DNA of 64,000 nucleotides from Escherichia coli (GTDB lineage Bacteria; Pseudomonadota; Gammaproteobacteria; Enterobacterales; Enterobacteriaceae): NCBI RefSeq assembly GCF_044647545.1, contig NZ_CP172818.1; one strand, 5' to 3'. Shown piece by piece: positions 21,370 to 32,130 of this stretch (position 1 is its first letter; each line of letters starts with the position of its first letter). The notes under the pieces were generated by a model. It saw only the letters and a program-made list of their open reading frames with translations, ran no database searches and was not told where the DNA came from. The position numbers and the translations under genes were made by a program.

Positions 21370-23092
21370 ATATTCAGGGTACTGGTAACGGTATCCGGGT
21401 TAATGTGTGCGATATGTCCCAGTATCGGTGTCTTTGCCGCGGGTACGGTTATAGGCCACATCAAGGCTAAACAGATCAGTGGTATATTTCGTCATTACAT
21501 CCCAGCCCCAGATTTTGGCGTTCGGGACGTTATACGACATAGTTGTCGCCGCCGCGAAATCGACGGTCGTGGAGATGTAATCCTTCGCTTTGGTATCAAA
21601 GTAGCTGGCTTTAAATTCCAGAGCATCATTGGACAACATCAGGTCATCAAAACGCAGCCCAAAACCGTACTCCTGAGTTTTTCGTTAGTTTCCGGACGTG
21701 CAGCGTGGCACCCAATAGTTGGTATAGAAGCGACCAATCGAGAAGTGCTTAGAATCGTTATACATTTCGCCCATCGTCGGGGCGCGGAATACCTGGGCAT
21801 ATGAGCCAAATAACATCAGCCAGTTGGTCGGGTTGATAGTCATCCCCGCACGAGATGACCATTTGTCAGCATCAACATCTTTGTAGCCGTCGCTGCTACC
21901 GCGATAACTGTCATAGCGGGTTCCGCCAAGCAGAGTAATCGGCAGATCGCGTAAGGTGATCTCATCCTGTAGCCAGCCGGAGCTAAAATAGATTTTGCTT
22001 GCGGGAAGCCCGTCGTCGCGCCGCCCGGATGTTGTTCCTGACGATAATACTCACCGCCATATGTCAGTAAGTGAGAAGCGAAACTGTCGGCAAATAAGTC
22101 CGGAACGGTTCTCCAGCCTGGCTCCTTTTGTTATCTGTTCACGATACTCGCCGGAACTCCCCGTGTTTTGCGCATTAATACGGACTTCCGACCAGTAAAT
22201 TTTTGCATCTGCATTTAACCAGTCGTTGCCCTGTGGGGCGAGTTTATAAGAAAGCTGCGCATCGCGTTGAATTGTTGAACGATCAACCATCGGGTTGCTG
22301 CTATCGAGAAACTGCTCAACAGTCTGCGGATTTTTTGGTTCACGCGCGTCGTTGTTGTAGTAACGCACTAAACCGCTCAGAGACTGGGCTGAAATCAATT
22401 TGCCAGGTCCCTTTCGCCAGCATGTTATTAATGGACTCGTCATTCGGCGCGGTTTCACCATTGCTCTGGCGTAAATCACCCCGATCGCGACTGGACCAGG
22501 CCACAATACCATCCAGATTTTCAGTTCGCCCAAACGCGCTCGCGCCTAATCCCAGGCTATGGTCCCCCGTGCCGCCAGTACCAAAGACACGAAAACCACT
22601 GCTTTGTCCTTCCTGCAATAAATCTTTTGCATCGACCGTATCGTAGGAGATCACTCCACCCAGCGCGCCACTGCCATACAGTAATGCTGAAGGTCCGCGA
22701 ACGATCTCAACACGCTTGATCAGCGCCGGATCGAGAAAAGTGCCATTCAGGTGTCCGGTATCCGTTCCCTGGCGAACACCATCGACAAGAACCAGCACGC
22801 CGCGATGATCATAGCCACGCATATTTACATCCTGACCGTTGGTTCGTCCGGTACCATCAAGAGTAATTCCAGGAACATGACGCAGCAAATCAGTGGCTGG
22901 AGTCGCCGTTTGATTTTCAGGAGCGGAAGTGTCGATAACGCTGACCATCATAGGCGCTTCGAAGGAACTACGTGCATTCCCGGTTGCCGTAACGGTCATG
23001 GTTTCAGTAGCAAAAGCAAATGTTGGCAAGGTGGCAGAAACAGCCAAAGCCAACAAACTCAAACGCAACGAGGTAAATTGCGGACGTGACAT
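21370..23092 (-). pseudogene. chuA: TonB-dependent heme receptor ChuA/ShuA, disrupted by frameshifts and 3'-truncated
   Basis: Minus-strand fragments 22340..23092 (signal peptide, TonB-box/plug region), 22051..22533 and 21400..21639 lie in different frames; the reading continues as NPDTVTSTLNI up to 21370, directly abutting the dctR stop; the final roughly 85 codons and any chuS are absent. Confidence 0.65.
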
Positions 23093-23375
23093 AGCGATTC
23101 TCCATGAGGAAAATAAAATGCTGGCTGCCTGGTTAATTGCAGTGCTGGCGAAAAATAAATTTATTTACAATTCAAATGATTAGATATCACCACGGGAAGC
23201 TATTAGCGTATATATCCCGTAAAATTGCCGAATATTTCTGATAATTCAGCAAAAGCACGCCCTCTTTGTCAGGCAAAGTAGTACGCCACGTCTGAAGTGA
23301 AGAGTGCTGTGCGTTTCCCTTACAAAAGATATGATTTTGTTATCCATGATGTCATATTTTGTTAAACTCAAACGT

Positions 23376-23394
23376 GATAATGAGAATTATTATC
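23376..23394. promoter_or_regulatory. Fur box in the chuA-chuT divergent intergenic region
   Basis: GATAATGAGAATTATTATC, 17/19 match to the Fur consensus GATAATGATAATCATTATC. Confidence 0.6.
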
Positions 23395-23722
23395 GATCAA
23401 TTTTTTATGATCAAGCTTTTTTAACCGCCATTAACACAATAAACAGGGATTATGGAATCTTATCCAGCATCAGAAAACCATCCTGTGTTTATGGCTATCC
23501 CCCACAACCTCATCACAAAACGTTGTCGTTAACAGTGATAATTTTCTCTTCTCTTTGCTCTGCAAGCCGCGATATCTCCGGGTTCTCAGCTTTTTCCCGC
23601 GCTGAAATTTAATCGGTAACAAGAACGTTCACGACGAAGCATCTTGATAAAAATCAAAAATAAATACGCTTGTAACGCCGTGCGTATTGAATCGACGGTT
23701 GTATTTCATATATAACTCAAAT

Positions 23723-23741
23723 GATAATCATGATCATTCTC
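23723..23741. promoter_or_regulatory. Fur box overlapping the chuT promoter
   Basis: GATAATCATGATCATTCTC, about 16/19 match to the Fur consensus, roughly 25 bp upstream of the chuT ATG at 23765. Confidence 0.55.
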
Positions 23742-23764
23742 AATTTGATAAGGGTTCTCATATT

Positions 23765-24674
23765 ATGCCAAGGATCATCACCAGGCCGTTTCTTTTTTCC
23801 CCACTGACGTTATGTATTTCAGCCGTGGCCTCTGCCGCGAAGACCATGGTAAAACGAAAAAAATTGTTTACGGCATTACTGGCTCTTAGCTGGACTTTTA
23901 GCGTAACGGCTGCGAACGTATCGTGGTCGCAGAGATCGCTGACGGAGCTAATCTACGCGATGGGCGCTGGCAAACGCGTGGTTGGTGTCGATGAAACGAC
24001 ATCTTATCCACCAGAAACCGCCAGACTGCCGCATATTGGTTACTGGAAACAACTCAGCAGCGAAGGCATTTTGTCACTTCGCCCGGATAGCGTAATTACC
24101 TGGCAGGATGCAGGACCGCAAATTGTGCTCGAACCGACTGCGGCGCAAGAGTCAACGTCGTCACTCTGCCGCATATTTCCGCCACCCTTGAGCAGATGTA
24201 CGCCAACATTCGCCAACTGGCAAAAACGTTACAGGTTCCTGAACAAGGCGAGGCGCTGGTGACACAATCAACCAACGCCTGGAGCGAGTACAGCAAAACG
24301 TGGCGGCCAAAAAAGCCCCGGTTAAAGCCATGTTTATTCTCTCCGCAGGCGGAAGTGCGCCACAGGTTGCCGGTAAAGGCAGCGTCGCGGACGCCATTCT
24401 TTCGCTTGCCGGAGCAGAAAACGTCGCTACCCACCAGCAGTACAAAAGCTACAGCGCGGAATCGCTGATTGCGGCTAACCCTGAAGTGATTGTCGTCACC
24501 TCACAAATGGTCGATGGCGATATTAATCGGCTACGTTCTATTGCCGGAATTACCCACACTGCCGCATGGAAAAACCAGCGCATTATCACCGTTGATCAAA
24601 ACCTGATTCTGGGAATGGGTCCGCGTATTGCTGATGTCGTTGAGTCTTTACACCAGCAGCTTTGGCCGCAATAA
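23765..24674 (+). pseudogene. chuT: periplasmic heme-binding protein ChuT/ShuT, frameshifted
   Basis: Start MPRIITRPFLFSPLTLCISAVASAA (signal peptide); protein-like sequence continues in frame 2, then frame 1 (VNVVTLPHISATLEQMYANIRQLAKTLQV...), then frame 0 (AAKKAPVKAMFILSAGG...WPQ), implying at least two frameshifts. Confidence 0.6.
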
Positions 24675-24693
24675 ATGGATTTAGATCAGACGA

Positions 24694-26027
24694 ATGAACA
24701 CAAATAACACCCTGGATCTCACGCCACATTTTGCTTTAGACGGTGATGCGCCATTTAAAGACAGGCGCGCCATGATGCGTTCGTGGGGCCATTCCAGTTG
24801 CCAAAGAGCAACTGACACAGACCTGGCAAGAGATGCTCAATCAAACGGTATCACCACGTAAGCGACTGGTTTATCTACACATTCCTTTTTGTGCGACACA
24901 CTGCACGTTTTGTGGTTTTTATCAGAACCGTTTTAATGACGATGCGTGTGCTCATTATACCGACGCCCTGATTCGTGAAATAGAAATGGAAGCAGACAGC
25001 GTATTGCATCAGTCTGCCCCATCCACGCGGTCTATTTCGGTGGCGGTACGCCTTCCGCGCTTTCAGCACACGATTTCGCCAGAATCATCACCACATTACG
25101 AGAAAAGCTGCCACTGGCCCCTGATTGTGAAATCACTATTGAAGGCCGGGTACTGAATTTTGACGCTGAGCGAATCGATGCTTGCCTTGATGCTGGAGCA
25201 AACCGCTTCTCAATTGGTATTCAGTCGTTTAACAGCAAAATCCGCAAGAAAATGGCCCGCACCTCGGATGGCCCAACCGCTATTGCGTTTATGGAAAGCC
25301 TGGTCAAACAACTGATGCAGCGGTGGTCTGTGACCTGCTGTTTGGTCTGCCGGGTCAGGATGCGCAAACCTGGGGAGAAGATCTCGCTGTACCACGATAT
25401 CGGTCTCAACGGCGTCAATTCTCTATGCGCTCAATGTTAGCCCAATACACCGCTGGGCAAAGCCGTGGAAAATCGGCATACTACCGTGCCCTCTCCGGCA
25501 GAACGTCGCGATCTTTACCTGCAAGGGTGTGATTTTATGGACGATGCCGGTTGGCGCTGCATCAGTAACAGCCACTGGGGCCGTACCACACGCGAACGCG
25601 ATCTCTATAACCTGCTGATTAAACAAGGTGCCGATTGCTGGCCTTTGGTTCCGGAGCCGGCGGTTCGATTAATGGTTACTCCTGGATGAACGAACGCAAT
25701 CTTCAGACCTGGCATGAATCCGTCGCGGCAGGCAAAAAAACCAGCTGCATGATGATCATGCGTAACGCCGAACGTAATGCGCAATGGCGTCATACCTTGC
25801 AGTCAGGTGTTGAAACAGCGCGCGTACCGCTGGATGAACTTACACCACATGCCGAAAAACTCGCGCCGTTACTGGCTCAATGGCACCAAAAAGGCTTAAG
25901 TCGCGATGCTTCAACTTGCCTGCGGCTGACTAATGAAGGTCGTTTCTGGGCAAGCAATATTTTGCAGTCTCTTAATGAACTAATTCAGGTACTTAATGCG
26001 CCAGCGATTGTGCGTGAAAAACCATAA
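24694..26027 (+). pseudogene. chuW: radical-SAM HemN-like heme-degrading enzyme ChuW, multiply frameshifted
   Basis: CxxxCxxC radical-SAM motif (LHIPFCATHCTFCGFY) in ORF 24833..25156; downstream radical-SAM-like sequence (VYFGGGTPSALSA..., DLLFGLPGQDAQTW..., C-terminal 25635..26027) is spread over at least 4 frame segments. Confidence 0.6.
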
Positions 26028-26039
26028 CAGGAGTGATTT

Positions 26040-26534
26040 ATGAGCCATGTCTCGTTGCAGAATTTTGAAAACGGAGCCGGACGGTACGCTGGAGGTGGTA
26101 GCCGAACAATACAACACCACACTGCTGGAAGTAGTGAAAGATCTGCCCTCCTCTACCATAGTGTCAGGCGATAAATTCGATACTGTCTGGGATACCGTCT
26201 GCGAATGGGGCAACGTCACCACGTTAGTACATACTGCCGATGTAATCCTCGAATTTAGCGGCGAATTCTGCCTTCGGGTTTCCACCGCCACGGCTATTTC
26301 AACCTACGCGGAAAGCACGGCATGTCCGGGCATATGAAAGCAGAAAACTGCACACATATTGCCTTGATCGAACGTAAATTTATGGGCATGGACACCGCCT
26401 CTATTCTCTTTTTCAATAAGGAAGGCAGCGCCATGCTGAAAATCTTCCTCGGCAGGGATGACCATCGTCAGCTCCTGAGCGAACAAGTCAGCGCCTTCCA
26501 TGCTCTGGCAGCATCGTTAAAGGAACACGCCTGA
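26040..26534 (+). pseudogene. chuX: heme utilisation protein ChuX, two frameshifts
   Basis: MSHVSLQ start in frame 0, body (LKTEPDGTLEVVAEQYNTTLLEVV...) in frame +1, C-terminus (ELPSGFHRHGYFNLRGKHGMSGHMKAENC...KEHA) back in frame 0. Confidence 0.6.
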
Positions 26535-27162
26535 TGACGCCGTGGCTACTCTTTTGGCGCAGGCGGAAAAGGTGTGGGTGCCAGAACGCTTGAACTGGCG
26601 CTGGCAGCAACGTCCAGTGGCGAGTACTATCGTTCGTCATGCCGATGCCGCCACGAAACTGGCGCAACAAGGCGTACAGGTTTTTACAGGCGACGCCTGT
26701 GATGCCAGCGTAACCTGACGGATGCTTGCCACGCAGCTCGGCCCGGATGCGCTTGTGGTTCAACAATGGGCGGAGCTCAGGATTATCTGGCGCACGAACA
26801 GTGATTGATGAGGCCGAAAAGGCCGGCATCAGTCGCATGATTCTGGTGACCTCTTTGGGATGCGGCGATAGCTGGCCATTTTTATCGGAGCGAGCAAAGG
26901 CTGCGTTTGGTCAGGCGGTACGGGAAAAAACGCTGGCGGAAAGCTGGTTGCAAACCAGCCAGCTTGATTACGCCATTCTCCGCCCTGGCGGTCTGCTGGA
27001 TGCGGGCGGCAACAGGGCAAAGCACAACGGATACAAAATCAGGAGTGTCATGGTTTTGTTCACCGTGCCGATGTCGCCGCACATATCCATGAACTGGCAA
27101 ATGCGCCAGCACTTAACCAGCAGGTCTACAGTCTGATTGAACCGGACCTGAAACCGGCGTGA
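26534..27162 (+). pseudogene. chuY: NAD(P)-dependent reductase ChuY (anaerobilin reductase family), frameshifted
   Basis: ATG overlaps the chuX stop (ATGA); an early stop after 19 codons; epimerase/reductase-like sequence resumes in ORF 26726..27136. Confidence 0.5.
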
Positions 27163-27210
27163 TACCCCGGCGCGGCATGTCCGCGCCGTAATGTCGTAAC
27201 GGAGTTTTGC

Positions 27211-28204
27211 GTGCTCAAGGATTCACTCTCTTCCGCCAGGGTCTACTGGGGCTATCACTATTATTGCTAGCTCTGGTGCTGTTCGGTGCCAGTCAGGGGA
27301 GCGTAAAGAATCAGTTTTGATGCCCTTTTTGATGAGGAATACCGCCATATCTGGCTCAATATTCGTCTACCACGGGTTTTGCTGGCGGTGCTGGTAGGTG
27401 CAGCGTTGGCAACCGCAGGGGTAATTATGCAGGGGCTTTTTCGCAACCCAATGGCTGACCCTGGATTACTTGGCGTCAGTAGCGGTTCTGCATTAATGGT
27501 TGGCGTTGCTATTGTGCTGCCCTTCTCCTTCCCAGTGGTGCTGGTGCTCTATGAGCAAATGGTGTTTGCCATTGCCGGAAGTTTAGTGGTCTGCACCATC
27601 ATTTTTCTCATCACGCAGCGCCATCGCGATGGCAGCATGATGCAATTATTACTCGCCGGTATCGCCATCAATGCCCTGTGCGGCGCAGCGATCGGCATCC
27701 TGAGCTATATCGGCGATGAGCAGCAGCTACGACAACTCACATTGTGGATGATGGGCAATCTTGGACAGGCGCAATGGCCGACGTTATTGGTTGCCAGTTC
27801 ATTCATCCTACCGGCCATTATCGCAACAACTTGTCTCGCCGGAACGCTGAATTTACTGCAGCTCGGTGATGAAGAAGCCCATTACCTCGGCGTGAACGTT
27901 AAGCGTAAACGCCAGCAATTACTGTTAGTGAGCTCACTGCTCGTTGGTGCCGCCGTATCGGTAAGCGGCATTATCGGCTTTATTGGCCTGGTGATCCCGC
28001 ATCTGATTCGCATGACTACCGGAGCAAATCACCGCTGGCTAATCCCTTGCTCCGCCCTCGCCGGAGCCTGTTTATTGCTGATGGCAGACACGCTTGCCCG
28101 CACGCTGGTACAGCCAGCAGAAATGCCCGTGGGATTATTAACCAGCCTGCTTGGTGGTCCTTATTTTATGTGGTTGATTCTGCGCAACCCGGAGGATCAC
28201 ATGA
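27211..28204 (+). pseudogene. chuU: heme ABC transporter permease ChuU (FecCD family), frameshifted near the 5' end and at the 3' junction
   Basis: ORF 27379..28386 carries FecCD-type permease sequence, but the N-terminal region ([19 protein letters not shown] / [21 protein letters not shown]) is split across frames and the permease frame reads straight into the hmuV start (RBS GGAGG + ATG 28201) without a stop. Confidence 0.55.
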
Positions 28205-28972
28205 TCAGCGCCCAGAATCTGGTTTATAGCCTTCAGGGGCGGCGTCTGACTGATAATGTCTCGCTGACTTTTCCCGGTGGGGAAATTGTTGCCATTCTCG
28301 GCCCTAATGGTGCGGGAAAATCTACGCTGCTTCGCCAGTTAACCGGCTATCTTCAACCTGATAGCGGCGAATGTCGGTTGTTTTAATAAGCCATTAAATG
28401 AATGGTCGATTACTGAACTGGCGAAACACCGGGCCGTGATGCGTCAAAATAGCCACATGGCGTTTCCATTCAGCGTACAAGAAGTTATCCAGATGGGGCA
28501 GCATGCATCGCACTGGTAATCAGGATAATGAAACAGCACAAATAATGGCGTTATGTGACTGTCAGGCGTTAGCAAACCGCGACTATCGGCAATTATCCGG
28601 TGGTTGAACAACAGCGCGTACAATTAGCGCGCCTGCTGGTGCGACTCTTGGGAACCAACTCCCTCACCGAAATGGTTATTTCTTGATGAACCAACTTCGG
28701 CGCTGGATATTCACCATCAGCAGCACTTGTTCCGTTTATTACGCCAGTTAGTTCACGAACGGCAGTTCAATGTTTGCTGCGTACTGCACGATCTAAATCT
28801 TGCCGCGCGTTATGCAGACCGTATTGTATTAATGCAAAAAGGAAAGGTTATCGCAAATGGTAAACCACAGGACGTATTGACACAGCAGGCGCTGACCATG
28901 CTTTACGGCGCGGATATTACCGTACTTAAAGATCCTGCCAACCATTCACCACTGATCGTCCTCGATCATTAA
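28201..28972 (+). pseudogene. hmuV: heme ABC transporter ATPase HmuV/ChuV, frameshifted
   Basis: N-terminus with Walker A (GPNGAGKST) terminates at 28386; C-terminal ABC ATPase sequence ([36 protein letters not shown]...) resumes in another frame at 28727..28972. Confidence 0.55.
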
Positions 28973-29019
28973 AACCAACAGGAGTACCGCACTGGTACTC
29001 CTGCGAATAACTATACAGA

Positions 29020-29667
29020 TTAGCTAATTGAAACGCCTTTCACCCCTGCCATACCTTTTAATAATCGCAACAGATCTTCTATCGACGTCGTGGCATGAAG
29101 CTGGATATCAATGGCGACCACTTCATGATCTTCATTTTCCTGCAACGAAACTAAATCCGTTTTTATTTTTTGCTGCTTAAACCAGTCGAGCATTGATACC
29201 GTATTACCGTTCACTAATGTCAGCTGTAAATGGTAATTTTTGTTCATCAGGCGGAAGGTTAATTGATGGAAGACTTCCAGCACCAGCAAGGTCATCACTG
29301 AACCATAAATACCCAGTTCGTACATACCGCTGCCAATAACCATACCAATGGCGGCGGTCACCCAGATATCCGCTGCCGTCGTCAGACCTACAATATTTTG
29401 GTTACGAACGAGAATGTTACCTGCACCGATAAACCCGACGCCCGTCACAACCTGAGCAGCAATACGGCTGGGATCCAGTCCGACGTGACCTAAAGACAGC
29501 ACGTCAGCAAAACCATATTTCGAAACAATCATAAACAGGGCGCTTCCCATGCCAATTAATACATGTGTGCGTAACCCTGCTCCTTTGCCGCGCATTTGCC
29601 TTTCCATGCCAATAGCGCCACAGGCAATTGCTGCGAGTATAAGACGTATAATAAATTCTGCTGTCAT
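29020..29667 (-). CDS. yhiD: MgtC-family inner membrane protein YhiD
   Basis: ORF 29020..29679; start at MTAEFIIRLILAAIACGAIGMERQ gives 215 aa. Confidence 0.85.
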   Translation of the reverse strand: MTAEFIIRLILAAIACGAIGMERQMRGKGAGLRTHVLIGMGSALFMIVSKYGFADVLSLGHVGLDPSRIAAQVVTGVGFIGAGNILVRNQNIVGLTTAADIWVTAAIGMVIGSGMYELGIYGSVMTLLVLEVFHQLTFRLMNKNYHLQLTLVNGNTVSMLDWFKQQKIKTDLVSLQENEDHEVVAIDIQLHATTSIEDLLRLLKGMAGVKGVSIS

Positions 29668-29730
29668 ATAAAAATGCAAAAAGGAGCAGCAAGATGGCTC
29701 AACTTGCTACTCCTTTTTACTTGTACCTCA

Positions 29731-30057
29731 TTAATTCGGCAAGTCATTAGATGCTTGATTTTTGAAGGTATACAAATTTTTCTGCGGGTTTTTCTTGCAG
29801 TATTCGATCACTTTAGGAATTTGAGTGAGATCGGTTTCATTTAAAGTAACAGTATCGCCACCTTTATATACTGTTTCTTCATGCAGCATCCACCATGCAA
29901 CCGGTGTCATTGCTTTTGGATTCAGATCAATAAATTCCTGGCAGGTCATATCTTTAGCGGATTCATTGGCTGCCAGCGCAGATTGTGCGTTCACCAGTGA
30001 CAAAGCCGCTACAGCGCCCATAAAAATAAACGCTTTACGGAGAGATGAAATATTCAT
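29731..30057 (-). CDS. hdeB: periplasmic acid-stress chaperone HdeB
   Basis: ORF 29731..30069; start at MNISSLRKAFIFMGAVAALSLVNAQSALA gives 108 aa with signal peptide. Confidence 0.9.
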   Translation of the reverse strand: MNISSLRKAFIFMGAVAALSLVNAQSALAANESAKDMTCQEFIDLNPKAMTPVAWWMLHEETVYKGGDTVTLNETDLTQIPKVIEYCKKNPQKNLYTFKNQASNDLPN

Positions 30058-30172
30058 TTTGTAACCCATTCAATATAGAGATTATATATGAACAGGAGGA
30101 ATAGCTGCTTTTAAAGAAGATATTCCGGCCTGTTCAATATGCAAGGAAGTACGATGTAACGCATTCCCGGAA

Positions 30173-30505
30173 TTACATATCTTTCTTAATTTTGTCCCAT
30201 TCGCCTTTAACTTTATCTTTAAAGTTGGCTTTTTTATCCTGAGTACAAGCCTGAACGATAGCTGGGGTTACGGTTGCAATACCCTGAACATCTAAAACCG
30301 CATCTTCTGGTTTATCTTTGTTGTTCAGCGCTTCAGCAAAACCAACTGCAGTTGGCTGGAAGGATTCGTCCACAGCCAGGAAATCTTCACAGGTCCAGGA
30401 GTTGACCGGTTTTTTGTTATCAGCTGCTTTTTGCGCATCCGCTGCATTGCTCACAACTGGCAGAAGAAGCAGACCACCAAGAATAACGCCTAATACTTTT
30501 TTCAT
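30173..30505 (-). CDS. hdeA: periplasmic acid-stress chaperone HdeA
   Basis: 110-aa ORF MKKVLGVILGGLLLLPVVSNA... with signal peptide; immediately upstream of hdeB. Confidence 0.95.
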   Translation of the reverse strand: MKKVLGVILGGLLLLPVVSNAADAQKAADNKKPVNSWTCEDFLAVDESFQPTAVGFAEALNNKDKPEDAVLDVQGIATVTPAIVQACTQDKKANFKDKVKGEWDKIKKDM

Positions 30506-30759
30506 CGTAATATCCTCAACTATAAAGTGAAAGAGCCGTCACGAATCAATTTCGACACTGAGGTTATAACCTGGTTTTCTGTATATGTCATGTTGATGGA
30601 AAATATCAAAATCAGATATTTTTATTTCAATACAATGAGTTACAGATGCATCAGATACTGTAATTAGGAAATTTTTATTAAATCGACTGCATTCTTAGAC
30701 GCGTTTTTGGCATAGATTGATAGCAGGGGATTTTCTTCTTAATTTTATAGGGTGGTTCT

Positions 30760-31332
30760 ATGTTATATATAGATAAGGCAACAATTTTGAAGTTTGATCT
30801 GGAGATGCTTAAAAAACATCGCAGAGCAATCCAGTTTATTGCCGTGCTGCTGTTTATCGTCGGGTTGCTGTGTATCAGTTTTCCGTTCGTCTCTGGCGAC
30901 ATTTTAAGCACAGTAGTGGGTGCATTATTAATCTGCTCGGGCATTGCGCTTATTGTCGGGTTATTCAGCAACCGCAGTCATAATTTCTGGCCGGTATTAT
31001 CCGGTTTCCTCGTCGCAGTCGCCTATTTATTGATCGGCTATTTCTTCATCCGCGCACCGGAGCTGGGCATTTTTGCCATTGCGGCATTTATTGCCGGTTT
31101 GTTCTGTGTTGCAGGGGTTATTCGCCTGATGAGTTGGTATCGTCAGCGTTCAATGAAAGGCAGCTGGCTACAGCTCGTTATTGGTGTGCTGGATATCGTC
31201 ATTGCATGGATATTCCTTGGTGCAACGCCGATGGTGTCGGTAACGCTGGTTTCCACACTGGTGGGAATTGAACTGATATTTAGCGCCGCCAGTCTGTTCA
31301 GCTTCGCCAGTTTGTTCGTTAAAAAGCAATAA
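30760..31332 (+). CDS. hdeD: acid-resistance membrane protein HdeD
   Basis: 190-aa hydrophobic ORF divergent from hdeAB. Confidence 0.9.
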   Translation: MLYIDKATILKFDLEMLKKHRRAIQFIAVLLFIVGLLCISFPFVSGDILSTVVGALLICSGIALIVGLFSNRSHNFWPVLSGFLVAVAYLLIGYFFIRAPELGIFAIAAFIAGLFCVAGVIRLMSWYRQRSMKGSWLQLVIGVLDIVIAWIFLGATPMVSVTLVSTLVGIELIFSAASLFSFASLFVKKQ

Positions 31333-32130
31333 TTATCCCTATTTCCACCTGGATCATAGTCACATTAAGTGACTATGATCCAGTTAATACTCTCTTAGCT
31401 ATACAGTGTTTCAGTTCAATTACGCACTATCATTGAAACAATTGCCTGCTGTTGATTATTTCAACCTACTGAATTTAATCTGATTTTTTTCGTTCCATGG
31501 CAAATTAGCCATTTCAAACATTATCATGGCTGATATTTTCCGTGGTCAGGTTTAATGTTTTAAAAGTGCTGTGGGAAAGTGAACAAAGAGTTCCGTAAGC
31601 GTTGATGCTATGGGCGGTTAAATAAGTAATCCGGGTTCATTTTTTTGCAACTGGCGTTGATTACATTGCATAAATATCCGTGTCTCCAGACGCTATATAA
31701 AAACCTGAAGACATGAATGAGTTATTTAATCAGGTAATTTCAATGCGTTAAAAGAAAGCTGGCAATCCAATTGCCAGCCTAAGTCGAAACAAGGAGACTC
31801 GATATTTAAATCGGATTACATTTTAACTTTAGTAATATTCTTCAGAGATCACAAACTGGTTATTGATAACTTATTCTTGGGCAGTAATCCGCAAAAGTTA
31901 ACCTTTTGTTTACTAGTTACAAACTGATAACAACCAGGAATCTTACTTAGGACCAATATATGGAGTGCGTGATGGATAAATCTGAAGTATTGATTAGTGT
32001 TAATAGACGTATTAGTTCACGAAGGGCAAAGTTCTTATAGGCGTTTACTATATTGAACAACGATTCGGACAAGGATGTAAATAATGAAAAGGATGACATG
32101 TTCGAAACGATAACGGCTAAGGAGCAAGTT

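Noticed and set aside
23304-23612. 102-aa ORF in the chuA-chuT intergenic region
   Set aside because: It sits in the divergent promoter region and spans a Fur box, has no convincing RBS and no recognisable domain; most likely non-coding promoter DNA.
21370-28972. Interpreting the fragmented chu region as a novel gene cluster of small proteins
   Set aside because: The fragments carry recognisable ChuA/T/W/X/Y/U/HmuV sequence when read across frames, so frameshifted copies of known genes explain them better than new genes.
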